This document shows, piece by piece, positions 10,293 to 19,603 of a DNA stretch of 53,610 nt. The position numbers and the translations under genes were made by a program. Numbering within the stretch: position 1 is the stretch's first letter; each line of letters starts with the position of its first letter. The notes under the pieces were generated by a model, which was not told where the DNA came from, ran no database searches, and saw only the letters and a program-made list of their open reading frames with translations. The DNA lies in contig CAZLHX010000003.1 in assembly GCA_964559475.1 (NCBI GenBank), forward strand, positions 1 through 53,610, given 5' to 3'. The stretch comes from an uncultured Candidatus Bathyarchaeia archaeon. GTDB taxonomy: Archaea; Thermoproteota; Bathyarchaeia; TCS64.

Positions 10293-11782
10293 CAAGGCCA
10301 CCGCTGGATCACTACTTTATCCTCTGTGAAGAACCTGACTGCGTCCCTACCCTGACCATGGAGATCTCCAAAGAAGCTGTTCTTCATCCCGCTGAAGGGG
10401 AAGAACGCCATTGGTGCTGCTGTTCCTATGTTTACTCCAATATTTCCACATTCAACATTATACTGAAATTTCCTAGCTTCTCCTCCATTTCTAGTAAATA
10501 TGCTTGCTGCGTTACCATATTCTGAGGAGTTCACCATCTCTATGGCCTCGTCAAGGTCGTCAGCTGTTAAAACACTCATCACTGGTCCGAATATCTCATC
10601 TTTCGCGATACTCATGTCCAATGATACATCAGTGAATATTGAGGGACCAAAGAAGTTCTTTTCAGGATAGCCAGAGCTTTCAAATTCTCTACCATCTAAT
10701 TTCAAGTTGGCTCCTTCTTCAAGTCCAGACTCTATGTAGCTTACTACTCTTTTTTTCCTATGTTCAGCTTGGAGGGGTCCCATCTGGATTCCCTCTTCGA
10801 GGCCGTATCCGATCTTTATATTCTCCGCTGTTTCTTTTATGAGGTTCATAATAGACTCATTAAATGACTCATTTCCACCTGCAAGAACCAGGTTAGCTCC
10901 AGCCAAACATCTCTGCCCCGTGTTCCCGAAGAAACTGGACATAAGAGAGGAGACTGTTAAGTTCGGTTCAGCATCTGGGAGGACAACTAGGAAGTTTTTA
11001 GCTCCACATTGAGCCTGTACGCGTTTTCCACTTGCAGTTGCTTGTTTATAGATAACGTCTCTGCCAATCTTGGTTGAGCCTACGAAGCTGACTCCTTTTA
11101 CATTGGGGTGCTTGAGGATCTCAGAGACTGGTTCTGCTTCGCCATTCACAAAGTTGATTACTCCCGGAGGGAAGCCAACCTCATCTACTAGCTCAGCAAG
11201 CTTCATCATACTCAGGGGAGTCCAAGGACTTGGCTTCACGATATAGGTATTTCCGGTAGCTACAGCATAAGGGAGAAACCATAAGGGAACCATGAATGGA
11301 AAGTTAAACGGAGCGACACATGCGAATACTCCCAGAGGTTGTCTAATAAGAATCTCATCAATTCCTCTGCTTATATCTTCTAAGTTATATCCCATCATAA
11401 GACTTGGTATACCTACCGCAGTCTCGACGTTCTCTATTCCTCTCCTTACCTCGCCACGAGCCTCATCTATGATTTTCCCATGCTCCATGGTTATTATCCG
11501 TGACAGTTCCTCAAAGTTCTCCTCAAGAAGCTGTACTAGTCTCAGCAGATAACGACCTCTGGTTAAAGGTGTGGTACGTCTCCAGTTTGGGAAGGCTAAT
11601 GTTGCTGCTTCGACTGCTGCCTTAACGTCATCCCTATGCCCTACTGGTACGCGACCCAAGGAGTCTAATGTCGCGGGGTTAATGATCTCTCGTAAATCTG
11701 TTGATTCTGATTCTATCCATTCCCCATCAATATAGTTCTTAAGTTCTATCTCTTTCTTTATGGGTTCTTCAAGTACAACCAT
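10292..11782 (-). CDS. mmsA: Methylmalonate/malonate-semialdehyde dehydrogenase (CoA-acylating ALDH family)
   Basis: ALDH fold with the MMSDH-type block APFNFPFMVPLWFLPYAVATGNTYIVKPS, catalytic Cys in GQRCLA, and FSGMKNSFFGDLH near the C-terminus. Confidence 0.75.
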   Translation of the reverse strand: MVVLEEPIKKEIELKNYIDGEWIESESTDLREIINPATLDSLGRVPVGHRDDVKAAVEAATLAFPNWRRTTPLTRGRYLLRLVQLLEENFEELSRIITMEHGKIIDEARGEVRRGIENVETAVGIPSLMMGYNLEDISRGIDEILIRQPLGVFACVAPFNFPFMVPLWFLPYAVATGNTYIVKPSPWTPLSMMKLAELVDEVGFPPGVINFVNGEAEPVSEILKHPNVKGVSFVGSTKIGRDVIYKQATASGKRVQAQCGAKNFLVVLPDAEPNLTVSSLMSSFFGNTGQRCLAGANLVLAGGNESFNESIMNLIKETAENIKIGYGLEEGIQMGPLQAEHRKKRVVSYIESGLEEGANLKLDGREFESSGYPEKNFFGPSIFTDVSLDMSIAKDEIFGPVMSVLTADDLDEAIEMVNSSEYGNAASIFTRNGGEARKFQYNVECGNIGVNIGTAAPMAFFPFSGMKNSFFGDLHGQGRDAVRFFTEDKVVIQRWP

Positions 11783-11859
11783 CTAATCACCATTCTTTCT
11801 CAGAATATTATGGCATAGTATATTGGGTTATCTATAAAATATACCTAGATAGAGTCTGC

Positions 11860-12630
11860 TTAGTGTTTAAGGAACTTTTCTACTCTGGGCCATACTTTGT
11901 CTACGTCAGTGAATTGCTCTAGGGGATTTAAGCCGTATATTATCTCCAACTCGATTCCTTCGTTTGATTTTATCTCATCAAGGTACCTTTCAGTCTGTTG
12001 AATTGTATCAGAATCACCTGAACCAACTACTATCAGTACGGGGCATCTTAAGTCCTCAGGATTTACGACCTCCCAGTTTGCCATCTGAGTAATTATATTG
12101 ATCCATGAAGGAAGATGGTAATTTGAGACCCAAAACTTTTCCTGACTACTGAGAGAACTATAATCAAGTACACTGTGATGCTGTTCTTCGGCTAGGATCT
12201 TCCATCTTTCTCTAATTTTGGGGAGCTCTTCAACAAATGAGCCATAAACACTTGCACCCAGAGTATGACCGATGATTACTGTTTTATTTACCCTTCTAGA
12301 CTTTGCTGCTATTGATTTTGCTATCGCACCACCAAAACTGAATCCAATTAATGAGAAATCTTCTACCCCACTTGCATCAGCAACCGAGTAGACATCCCAT
12401 CGGAGATCAGCAATCCAGTAAGCATCAGGATCAAGTGGTTTATCACTCTCACCATTACCCCTCGCATCAATCGCTATCACTTTGAATCCTTTTAATTTAT
12501 CAACCCATCCCTCGTCAAACCAGGCTTCTTTGGTATCACCACAGCCATGAAGGAGTATTATCGCAGGACCATCACCGTTTACTTTGTAAGCTATTCTGGT
12601 TCCGTCTTTTGATCTTGAGTATAAGGTCAA
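11860..12630 (-). CDS. Alpha/beta hydrolase
   Basis: HG oxyanion motif (ILLHGCGD) and an intact nucleophile elbow GFSFGG. TTG start. Confidence 0.7.
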   Translation of the reverse strand: MTLYSRSKDGTRIAYKVNGDGPAIILLHGCGDTKEAWFDEGWVDKLKGFKVIAIDARGNGESDKPLDPDAYWIADLRWDVYSVADASGVEDFSLIGFSFGGAIAKSIAAKSRRVNKTVIIGHTLGASVYGSFVEELPKIRERWKILAEEQHHSVLDYSSLSSQEKFWVSNYHLPSWINIITQMANWEVVNPEDLRCPVLIVVGSGDSDTIQQTERYLDEIKSNEGIELEIIYGLNPLEQFTDVDKVWPRVEKFLKH

Positions 12631-12878
12631 ATAATATCGCTATTGATAATGTAACTTTAGTATTTGACTGGTTCTATTAGAAACCATATTGACCTTGACG
12701 GAAGTTTATAATTCTTTAATTTTTAGGATTATTTATCAGCATTTATATCTACCCATCTGTTCGATTCTAGGAAAATGGCTAAATGGATCAGTTGTTATGT
12801 AGTGGTTCTTCAGGATTCGATATTCTTAAGAGAAATTACTCAAGATCCATCCTTTAAAATATCCAGGGAATAACTCGT

Positions 12879-13949
12879 ATGTCCATTAAGAAATCTACTA
12901 TAATTTTCTTTCTCATTATTGCCATCCTTTCAATTACTGTGTTAATCATAATACAACCAAATAACATTGAAGGCACTCAAACAGTTAAAAACAGCTCAAA
13001 TATATCCTTGCCTATAAATGAAAAAACTCTCATCAACGTAAGTGTGATGGTAATCTTCTGCATAGGTTTCACATTTACATTTATGATTGAAGGATTTCCT
13101 AACTTCGCACATACTGGTTATGCTGTAATTGGTTCAATGGTCAGCTTTTATTTGACGAGTTTCCTAAAAATTAATCCTTATTATACTTGGGTTTTTGCTA
13201 CAGCTTTCGGTGGAATTATTGGAATAATACTTTACATCTTCATAGTAAGACCCATAAAACGTAACAGAGGGTACCAAGATATCACTCTAACTTTAACTTT
13301 TCTGGTAATCGCTCTAGTCATTCCATCTATAGCGAGCATTTTCAACTTTTGGGCAAGATTCTACGGTGATATACCAACTAGGGGTTACAATCTAAGAATA
13401 TTTGATTTTGACTTTAGGGGAATTTCTGGCATAGCTATCATAAGTCCTGTAACCTGTATTTTGCTTATTCTCGTTTTACATTATTTTCTAACGGGGAATA
13501 AGATCGGGATTAGTTTACGGGCTACAGCTGAGGATGAGCGCCTTGCTGCCACCCTTGGAATTAATACTCTCAGGGCACATATTGTTAGTTGGTTCATAAG
13601 CGGGGCCTTGGCTGCTCTTGCCGGAAGCATTATGACTATTAGAGGAGGAATGGGATTAACTGGAGCAGATGATATGATAGTTAGTATTATGAGTGGGTCC
13701 ATCCTTGGAGGCACCAGTAATATATACGGTGCAATAGTAGGTGGTCTTTTTGTCGCTCTTGGACAGGATATCTTGAAAAATATTGCTTTCACTTTTTTTG
13801 GTTTACCTGCTTTAAAATGGCAGGGACTTTTACCAATATTTTTCCTTGTATTTTCAATGACTATCTTTCCAAACGGATTGTTAAGTGGTAACAGTTCTAA
13901 CTTACTGAGAATTAAAACAAATTTAGATAAATTATTTAAGAAAGATTAA
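12879..13949 (+). CDS. Branched-chain amino acid ABC transporter permease family protein (LivH/LivM type), orphan
   Basis: Multi-TM protein with the conserved cytoplasmic loop LRATAEDERLAATLGINTLRAHIVSWFISGALAALAG. No ATPase, second permease or binding protein lies adjacent. Confidence 0.6.
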   Translation: MSIKKSTIIFFLIIAILSITVLIIIQPNNIEGTQTVKNSSNISLPINEKTLINVSVMVIFCIGFTFTFMIEGFPNFAHTGYAVIGSMVSFYLTSFLKINPYYTWVFATAFGGIIGIILYIFIVRPIKRNRGYQDITLTLTFLVIALVIPSIASIFNFWARFYGDIPTRGYNLRIFDFDFRGISGIAIISPVTCILLILVLHYFLTGNKIGISLRATAEDERLAATLGINTLRAHIVSWFISGALAALAGSIMTIRGGMGLTGADDMIVSIMSGSILGGTSNIYGAIVGGLFVALGQDILKNIAFTFFGLPALKWQGLLPIFFLVFSMTIFPNGLLSGNSSNLLRIKTNLDKLFKKD

Positions 13950-13950
13950 T

Positions 13951-15018
13951 TTACTCCAGTAGACATCTCATCATCTCTTTACCAAAATTCGCTCTGCATG
14001 CATCACACCTAATGCACTCTGCCTGAGCCTGTCCAATTTTCAGTTTTCTAACGAGATTAGGTTCTCGGATGAATGGCCGGCTCATGGAAATCATATCCAC
14101 AAGATTCTCGTTTACTGCCTTCTCCATTGTCTCAAGATTTTGGAAACCATAGACTAGTGCCATTGGAGAGAATCCTACCTCTTCACGGATCTTACTAATA
14201 TGTCCAGCGAAAGCAAGATCTCTGTAAGATGGATTTGGATGTTTCGCTCGTTCTCTCAGTTCGGTCATACGTCCTCTACCTCCTCCGCTAATTTCTATAT
14301 GATCTATTCCTTTTTCTTCTAATTTCTGGCATACTTCAATACAATCACTTACTGTGAACCCGTTAGGACTGAAATCATCACAATTAATCTTAATGAGAAC
14401 TGGTTCGTTTCCGACTCTTTTTCTCACCTCATCGTATACCTCGAGTACAAACCTCATTCTTTTCTCTAGATTTCCCCCATACCTGTCTTCCCTCTTGTTA
14501 ACAAGTCTACTTAGGAACTGGCTTACGAGGTATCCGTGGGCTCCGTGGATCTGGACTCCATCGAACCCTGCTTGCATGGCCCTCTCGGCTGCATCACCAT
14601 AAGCTTTAACAATTTTTTCGATTTCACCCAACGTAAATTTTCTACTAACCCAGTCATCCTCAGCGTAGACGCTGGGACCTGATCTGTCATTCTTGTGGAC
14701 TACTCCTGCGTGGTTTATCTGGGCGACGATATGCCCACCATGCTTGTGAACAGCATTAGTTGCCTCTCGAAGTCGGGGTATGTGCTTATCATGGCTTATC
14801 CCAGCCATTCCGACATGTGCCTTTCCCTCGTCCTGGACATATAGATGACCTTTTACTATTAGACCTATCTCCCCCTTGCTTAAACGTTCATAAAGTTCTA
14901 TTATAGGATCTCTGAGGACCCCCTCATCATCAGCATAAGCGCTTGTTGTTGCGCTCCGCATAAACCGGTTTCTTATCTCAAGGTCTCTAATTTTAAATGG
15001 CTCAAACAGGATAGACAT
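13951..15018 (-). CDS. NADH:flavin oxidoreductase (Old Yellow Enzyme family) with C-terminal Cys cluster
   Basis: OYE blocks LFEPFKIRDLEIRNRF and FDGVQIHGAHGYLVSQFLS. The C-terminus carries CIRCDACRANFGKEMMRC. ATG 15018 is preferred over 15063. Confidence 0.8.
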   Translation of the reverse strand: MSILFEPFKIRDLEIRNRFMRSATTSAYADDEGVLRDPIIELYERLSKGEIGLIVKGHLYVQDEGKAHVGMAGISHDKHIPRLREATNAVHKHGGHIVAQINHAGVVHKNDRSGPSVYAEDDWVSRKFTLGEIEKIVKAYGDAAERAMQAGFDGVQIHGAHGYLVSQFLSRLVNKREDRYGGNLEKRMRFVLEVYDEVRKRVGNEPVLIKINCDDFSPNGFTVSDCIEVCQKLEEKGIDHIEISGGGRGRMTELRERAKHPNPSYRDLAFAGHISKIREEVGFSPMALVYGFQNLETMEKAVNENLVDMISMSRPFIREPNLVRKLKIGQAQAECIRCDACRANFGKEMMRCLLE

Positions 15019-15101
15019 AACAAGCAAGATACGTTTGCTACTTAGTAACTTTTCGAAAGGCATCGTTAATTAACCAAGAACCTATAATAAACCCGATATC
15101 A

Positions 15102-15902
15102 ATGAATGAAATTAGGCTTTTAGAAGGAGAACAAAAGATATTTTTCAAAGCAGGAGGAGAATGGTGCTACCTTTGGACGCCACAAGATTTCAGATTGGGT
15201 AATCCCGTTCCCTTAGTAATCCACCATCATGGAGCTCGGGGATACGTAAAAGATGGTGAAGCGGACTGGATAGATACACCCTCTAAAAAGGCTTTTCTAG
15301 ATGCAGTTATGAGAGGCGCTGGATGTGTAATAGCTGGAAGTCATGCTTGTGGAGACCATTGGGGAAATAGTTGTGCTGTGGATGCTAACAATGCTCTTTT
15401 GAAGTTAATTGTAGAAACTGAAGGTATAGACACGGATAGACTTGGATTGATGGGAGGAGGACTGGGCGGTGCATTAATCTGGAACTCTGTGCTCGGACCC
15501 ATGATGGGAAAAGTAAAAGCAGTGGCAGTAATGCAGGCTGTAGCTAATCTATCAGATGTAATAAAAGCGGGAAAATTTAAGGAACCTTGCTTAAAAGCAT
15601 ATAACATCTCACCTGATACTATTAACGAAGAAGCAATAGAGAAAATAAAAAGCCATGATCCAATGAAAAAGCTCCAAGATCTAAGTAAAGGTGACCCTCT
15701 ACCAAAGACGGCTATCTATCATGGATCCAAGGACAAGAACATACCAGCTAAAACCCATGCAATCCCTCTCGCCAAAGCCCTAGGAAACGCGGGAGCAGAT
15801 GTAAAACTAGAGATATTTGGAGATGTGGAACACAATGTATATGCAATGGGTGAAGAAATGGAGAAAAGGCTTGAGAATTTCTTCAAAGCCCTTAATAAAT
15901 AA
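15102..15902 (+). CDS. Alpha/beta-hydrolase-fold protein lacking the canonical nucleophile serine
   Basis: Order typical of dienelactone hydrolase / prolyl oligopeptidase enzymes: HHHGARG, then RLGLMGGGLGGAL where GxSxGG is expected, then HGSKDKNIP (Asp) and DVEHNV (His). Confidence 0.6.
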   Translation: MNEIRLLEGEQKIFFKAGGEWCYLWTPQDFRLGNPVPLVIHHHGARGYVKDGEADWIDTPSKKAFLDAVMRGAGCVIAGSHACGDHWGNSCAVDANNALLKLIVETEGIDTDRLGLMGGGLGGALIWNSVLGPMMGKVKAVAVMQAVANLSDVIKAGKFKEPCLKAYNISPDTINEEAIEKIKSHDPMKKLQDLSKGDPLPKTAIYHGSKDKNIPAKTHAIPLAKALGNAGADVKLEIFGDVEHNVYAMGEEMEKRLENFFKALNK

Positions 15903-15936
15903 GTGATAAATTATCCTAAGAAACCTGGTGTAGTAA

Positions 15937-17646
15937 ATGGTTGAAAATGTATTAATTATCGGAGGAGTAGCTACTGGGCCTAAAGCTGCAGCTAGACTGA
16001 GAAGGCTAGACAATGAAATGAAAATAACTATAGTTGAGAAAGGGGACCTAATTAGTTATGCAGGTTGCGGGATGCCATTTTATATTGGTGAAGTAGTAAA
16101 AGAATATGAGGATCTTTTAAAAACATCCACAGGGGAGATACGGGATGTTGAGTATTTTACAAGTACAAAAGATATAACAGTTCTTGACCGCACAGAGGCA
16201 ATAAGAATCAATAAAGAAGATAAGAAGGTAACAGTTCTAGATCATAGAACAAGGGAAGAAAAAGACCTAGAATATGATAAACTTGTTTTAGCTACCGGAG
16301 CCAGTCCTTTCGTACCTAAGATGGAGGGTATTGAATTAGATGGAGTCTACCGTTTATATAATCCATATCATGCTAAAGTCATAAAAGAAGCAATTGATTC
16401 TTGTACTAATCCATGTAAAGTAGCTGTAGTTGGCGGAGGCTTAATAGGTCTTGAGACTTGTGGAGCGTTCATCGAAAGAGGCTGTCAAGTATCTATATTT
16501 GAGATGATGCCTAATTTAGCTCCTAATTTACTGGATACTGAGATAGCGCTTCTATTGGAGAAGTACTTGAAAGAAAAAGGTGTTAATATCATTAAGGGTA
16601 GCCCTGTAAGTCGTTTAATTGATGATGGTAATGGAAAGGTTGCTGGAGTTGAGACAGCTGATGGTAGAAAAGTTGAGGCAGATTTTGTACTTGTCGCCAT
16701 TGGAGTCAGGCCGAATACTAAACTCGCGGTTGAAGCGGGATTAGAGACAGGACCTACTAGAGCCATTTCAGTTGATGAATACCTTAGAACGAGTGCCCCT
16801 GATATCTATGCTGGTGGTGACTGCGTTGAGTGTACCAATCTGGTTTCAGGAGAAAAGACTTATGCTCCAATGGGTAGCACAGCAAATAAGCACGGGAGAA
16901 TAATCGCTAACAATATCTATGGAATGGGAGAAAAATTTTCTGGTATACTTTCTACTGCCGTCTTTAAGATTCTTGATTATAATTGTGGTTCGACGGGAAT
17001 AACAGAGAAACGTGCAAAGGAGCTCGGCTATGAGGTTGTAACAAGTCTCTGTCCTAAGTTCGATTACAGTCACTATATTCCAGGTTCAAAGATGTTTATC
17101 ATCAAACTAATAGCAAACAAGTCTGGTAAGCTACTAGGCTGTCAAATTGTTGGTGAAGGAGAAGCATGTATGAAGCGCATCGACGTCGCAGCCACGGTAC
17201 TAACATATGGTGGTAATGTTAAGGATATAGCGGATCTTGATTTAGCTTATGCGCCTCCATACAGTACTGCCATCGATGCAATAGCTCATGCTGCTAATGT
17301 AATTCGTAATAAGAACGATGATCTCGCGCATGGAATTGACCCTATAACTCTAAAAGAAAAGATAGAGAAAGGCGAAGATTTCATATTAATCGACTGCAGG
17401 GGACGACCATCATACGAAGCTAGCACAATTTATACGGAACAAACAATCAATATGCCTCTATCCGAAATAAAAAAAGGATATGAAAAGCTACCCAAAGACA
17501 AAGATATCATTTTCTTCTGCAATACCAGTATTACGGCCTATATTGCTGAAAGAGTGATGAGAAATATAGGTTATTCGAACGTTAAATTCTGTGATGGAAG
17601 CCTCAAAGCTTGGCCTTTCTCCACAGATCTCCTAAATAAAGACTAG
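15937..17646 (+). CDS. CoA-disulfide reductase / NADH oxidase family flavoprotein fused to a C-terminal rhodanese domain
   Basis: FAD motif IIGGVATGPKAA, redox Cys in SYAGCGMPFYIG, NAD motif VVGGGLIGLE, and a C-terminal rhodanese domain with active-site loop FFCNTSITA. Confidence 0.8.
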   Translation: MVENVLIIGGVATGPKAAARLRRLDNEMKITIVEKGDLISYAGCGMPFYIGEVVKEYEDLLKTSTGEIRDVEYFTSTKDITVLDRTEAIRINKEDKKVTVLDHRTREEKDLEYDKLVLATGASPFVPKMEGIELDGVYRLYNPYHAKVIKEAIDSCTNPCKVAVVGGGLIGLETCGAFIERGCQVSIFEMMPNLAPNLLDTEIALLLEKYLKEKGVNIIKGSPVSRLIDDGNGKVAGVETADGRKVEADFVLVAIGVRPNTKLAVEAGLETGPTRAISVDEYLRTSAPDIYAGGDCVECTNLVSGEKTYAPMGSTANKHGRIIANNIYGMGEKFSGILSTAVFKILDYNCGSTGITEKRAKELGYEVVTSLCPKFDYSHYIPGSKMFIIKLIANKSGKLLGCQIVGEGEACMKRIDVAATVLTYGGNVKDIADLDLAYAPPYSTAIDAIAHAANVIRNKNDDLAHGIDPITLKEKIEKGEDFILIDCRGRPSYEASTIYTEQTINMPLSEIKKGYEKLPKDKDIIFFCNTSITAYIAERVMRNIGYSNVKFCDGSLKAWPFSTDLLNKD

Positions 17647-18062
17647 AACCCAATTTCTTCCCTTATTTTTAATGCTATTTCCTCAAAATATTCTTTTGAT
17701 TTTTTTGAAAAATTTTTTCTCCCACTTATCCAAATGGGTTCATTTTCATCTCGGGGAATAATATGAACGTGAATATGGGGTATTATCTGTCCTGCTTCCC
17801 TACCATTATTAATTCCAATGTTTGCTGAAGAAGTGCTCATTGCTTTTTGGATCGGTCCAACAAGTTCTCTAACAGTTTTGAATAAGGCAATTGAATGTTC
17901 CTCAGGTAAGTTTTCCAATTTAGTCTCGTGTAGCTTGGGTACAATTAAGGTATGACCGTTGGAAATTGGATTTATATCAAGAAAAGCTATGGTTAACTCA
18001 TCCTCATAAATTTTGTACGCATTAGATTTTCCTTGGATAATCTGACAGAAGATGCAGCTCAT
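17643..18062 (-). CDS. HIT (histidine triad) family nucleotide hydrolase/transferase
   Basis: N-terminal CIFCQII and the histidine triad HIHVHIIP. Confidence 0.85.
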   Translation of the reverse strand: MSCIFCQIIQGKSNAYKIYEDELTIAFLDINPISNGHTLIVPKLHETKLENLPEEHSIALFKTVRELVGPIQKAMSTSSANIGINNGREAGQIIPHIHVHIIPRDENEPIWISGRKNFSKKSKEYFEEIALKIREEIGF

Positions 18063-18151
18063 GATAATATGTCTTCTATTACAAATTATTCAATTTGTCT
18101 ATTCTTAATAAATTCCTTATTCATTCTTACAAAAACTTGTTTATATTTATA

Positions 18152-18583
18152 TTATACTAGAAATTTTCTTGGATCGAAGGATTCTTCTTCCGCTATGGGT
18201 ATGGCTTCTATACGTTTAACTGCGCGTAGAATATCTGTGTAGCTTATATATCCGACAATTTCTGAGTCTACCACGGGGAGTGTATTACGATCCGTCTCCA
18301 GCATTAAAGTTATGGCGTCTTCCAGAGGGGTATTGGGTCTAACTAAAATCATATTTTGATCAGTAATTTCTCCGATAAATGTATCGTTTGGATCAGACTC
18401 TGTCTTTATCAAATACCGAATTATATCGCGATATGTAACCGCCCCAAGTGTTTTCCGATTATTTGTAACCAGTAAGTTTTCGATGGCAAACTCTATCATG
18501 ACCAAGGCTGCTTCTCTAACAGTATAATTCTCATCTACTGTAACAGGATCTCTTTTCATAATATGGCGAACACGGGGTATCAA
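18152..18583 (-). CDS. CBS domain pair protein
   Basis: Two CBS repeats (IMKRDPVTV... and ...LVRPNTPLEDAITLM...). The TTG start directly abuts the TFB stop codon. Alternative ATG at 18559. Confidence 0.7.
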   Translation of the reverse strand: MIPRVRHIMKRDPVTVDENYTVREAALVMIEFAIENLLVTNNRKTLGAVTYRDIIRYLIKTESDPNDTFIGEITDQNMILVRPNTPLEDAITLMLETDRNTLPVVDSEIVGYISYTDILRAVKRIEAIPIAEEESFDPRKFLV

Positions 18584-19507
18584 CTATAATTCCACTCTAA
18601 ATTCTAGGTTTTTCATCAACTCTTTGTAACGATTTCTTATGGTTACTTCAGTTATCTGAGCTATCCGAGCTATTTCTCCTTGGGTACGATGTTCCTCCAT
18701 TAACCTGCATGCAATATATATACAAGCGGCTGTCACTCCCTCAGGAGCTTTTCCTATAGTAAGTTTCTGAGACTCAGCTATCTCGAGAATCCTCCGAGCT
18801 TTCTGTTCCGTTAAACCACTTATTCGTAACTTTGAGACATAATTTGAGATAAGATTGTCTCTATCAACCTGAGGAACATCGGTTTTTAGCTCATTATAAA
18901 GGAATCTATAATTCTTTGCAGCTTCTTTACGGCTTATATTAGCTGCATCAGCCACATCCTCTAGACTCCTGATTAGCGTACATTGTCTACAAGCGGTGTA
19001 AACACTGGCAGCTACCAGACCTTGTATCGTCCTGCCTTTGATAAGTTGATTCTGTACGGCACGACGGTAAATCATGGCGGCTGTTTCAGCTACATTCTTT
19101 GGCAGATTTAGCTGGTTGGTGATCTTATTTAGTTCGCTTAGAGCTTGTGTAAGATTTCTCTGGACGCTGTCGCTGCTACTTGTGCGTCTCTGCCATTTTC
19201 TTAAACGATATTGTCTTCTTTGCTCCTCAGCTGTTAATCTTCTTCCTGTTCCATCTAGGTTTTTCCAGCTTATGGCTGTGCTTAACCCTTTATCGTGTAT
19301 AGTCAGTGTCAGTGGTGCACCAGTCCGTGTCAAGTCCTGGTGTTGTTGAAGGTTGAACGCTCTCCACTCAGGACCTCTATCTATAGAATTCTCTTTAAGA
19401 ACAGTGCCACAATTTCTGCACACCATTTCCCCTGTGTGCTGGTCTGTGATCAAGTCCTCAGAACTGCATTCCGTGCAAATTAACTGCTGTACTGACATCT
19501 TTTCCAC
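18584..19507 (-). CDS. tfb: Transcription initiation factor IIB (TFB)
   Basis: N-terminal Zn ribbon CTEC...CRNCG, B-linker GPEWRAF, and two cyclin-fold repeats. Confidence 0.95.
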   Translation of the reverse strand: MEKMSVQQLICTECSSEDLITDQHTGEMVCRNCGTVLKENSIDRGPEWRAFNLQQHQDLTRTGAPLTLTIHDKGLSTAISWKNLDGTGRRLTAEEQRRQYRLRKWQRRTSSSDSVQRNLTQALSELNKITNQLNLPKNVAETAAMIYRRAVQNQLIKGRTIQGLVAASVYTACRQCTLIRSLEDVADAANISRKEAAKNYRFLYNELKTDVPQVDRDNLISNYVSKLRISGLTEQKARRILEIAESQKLTIGKAPEGVTAACIYIACRLMEEHRTQGEIARIAQITEVTIRNRYKELMKNLEFRVEL

Positions 19508-19603
19508 TGTGGGAAATGATCTACATTATGTTGTCTATATTATTGTGTATGTATCTTGGATCTACAATATTTATAAAACATTAAGGGTTGTAGGAAGACT
19601 TGT

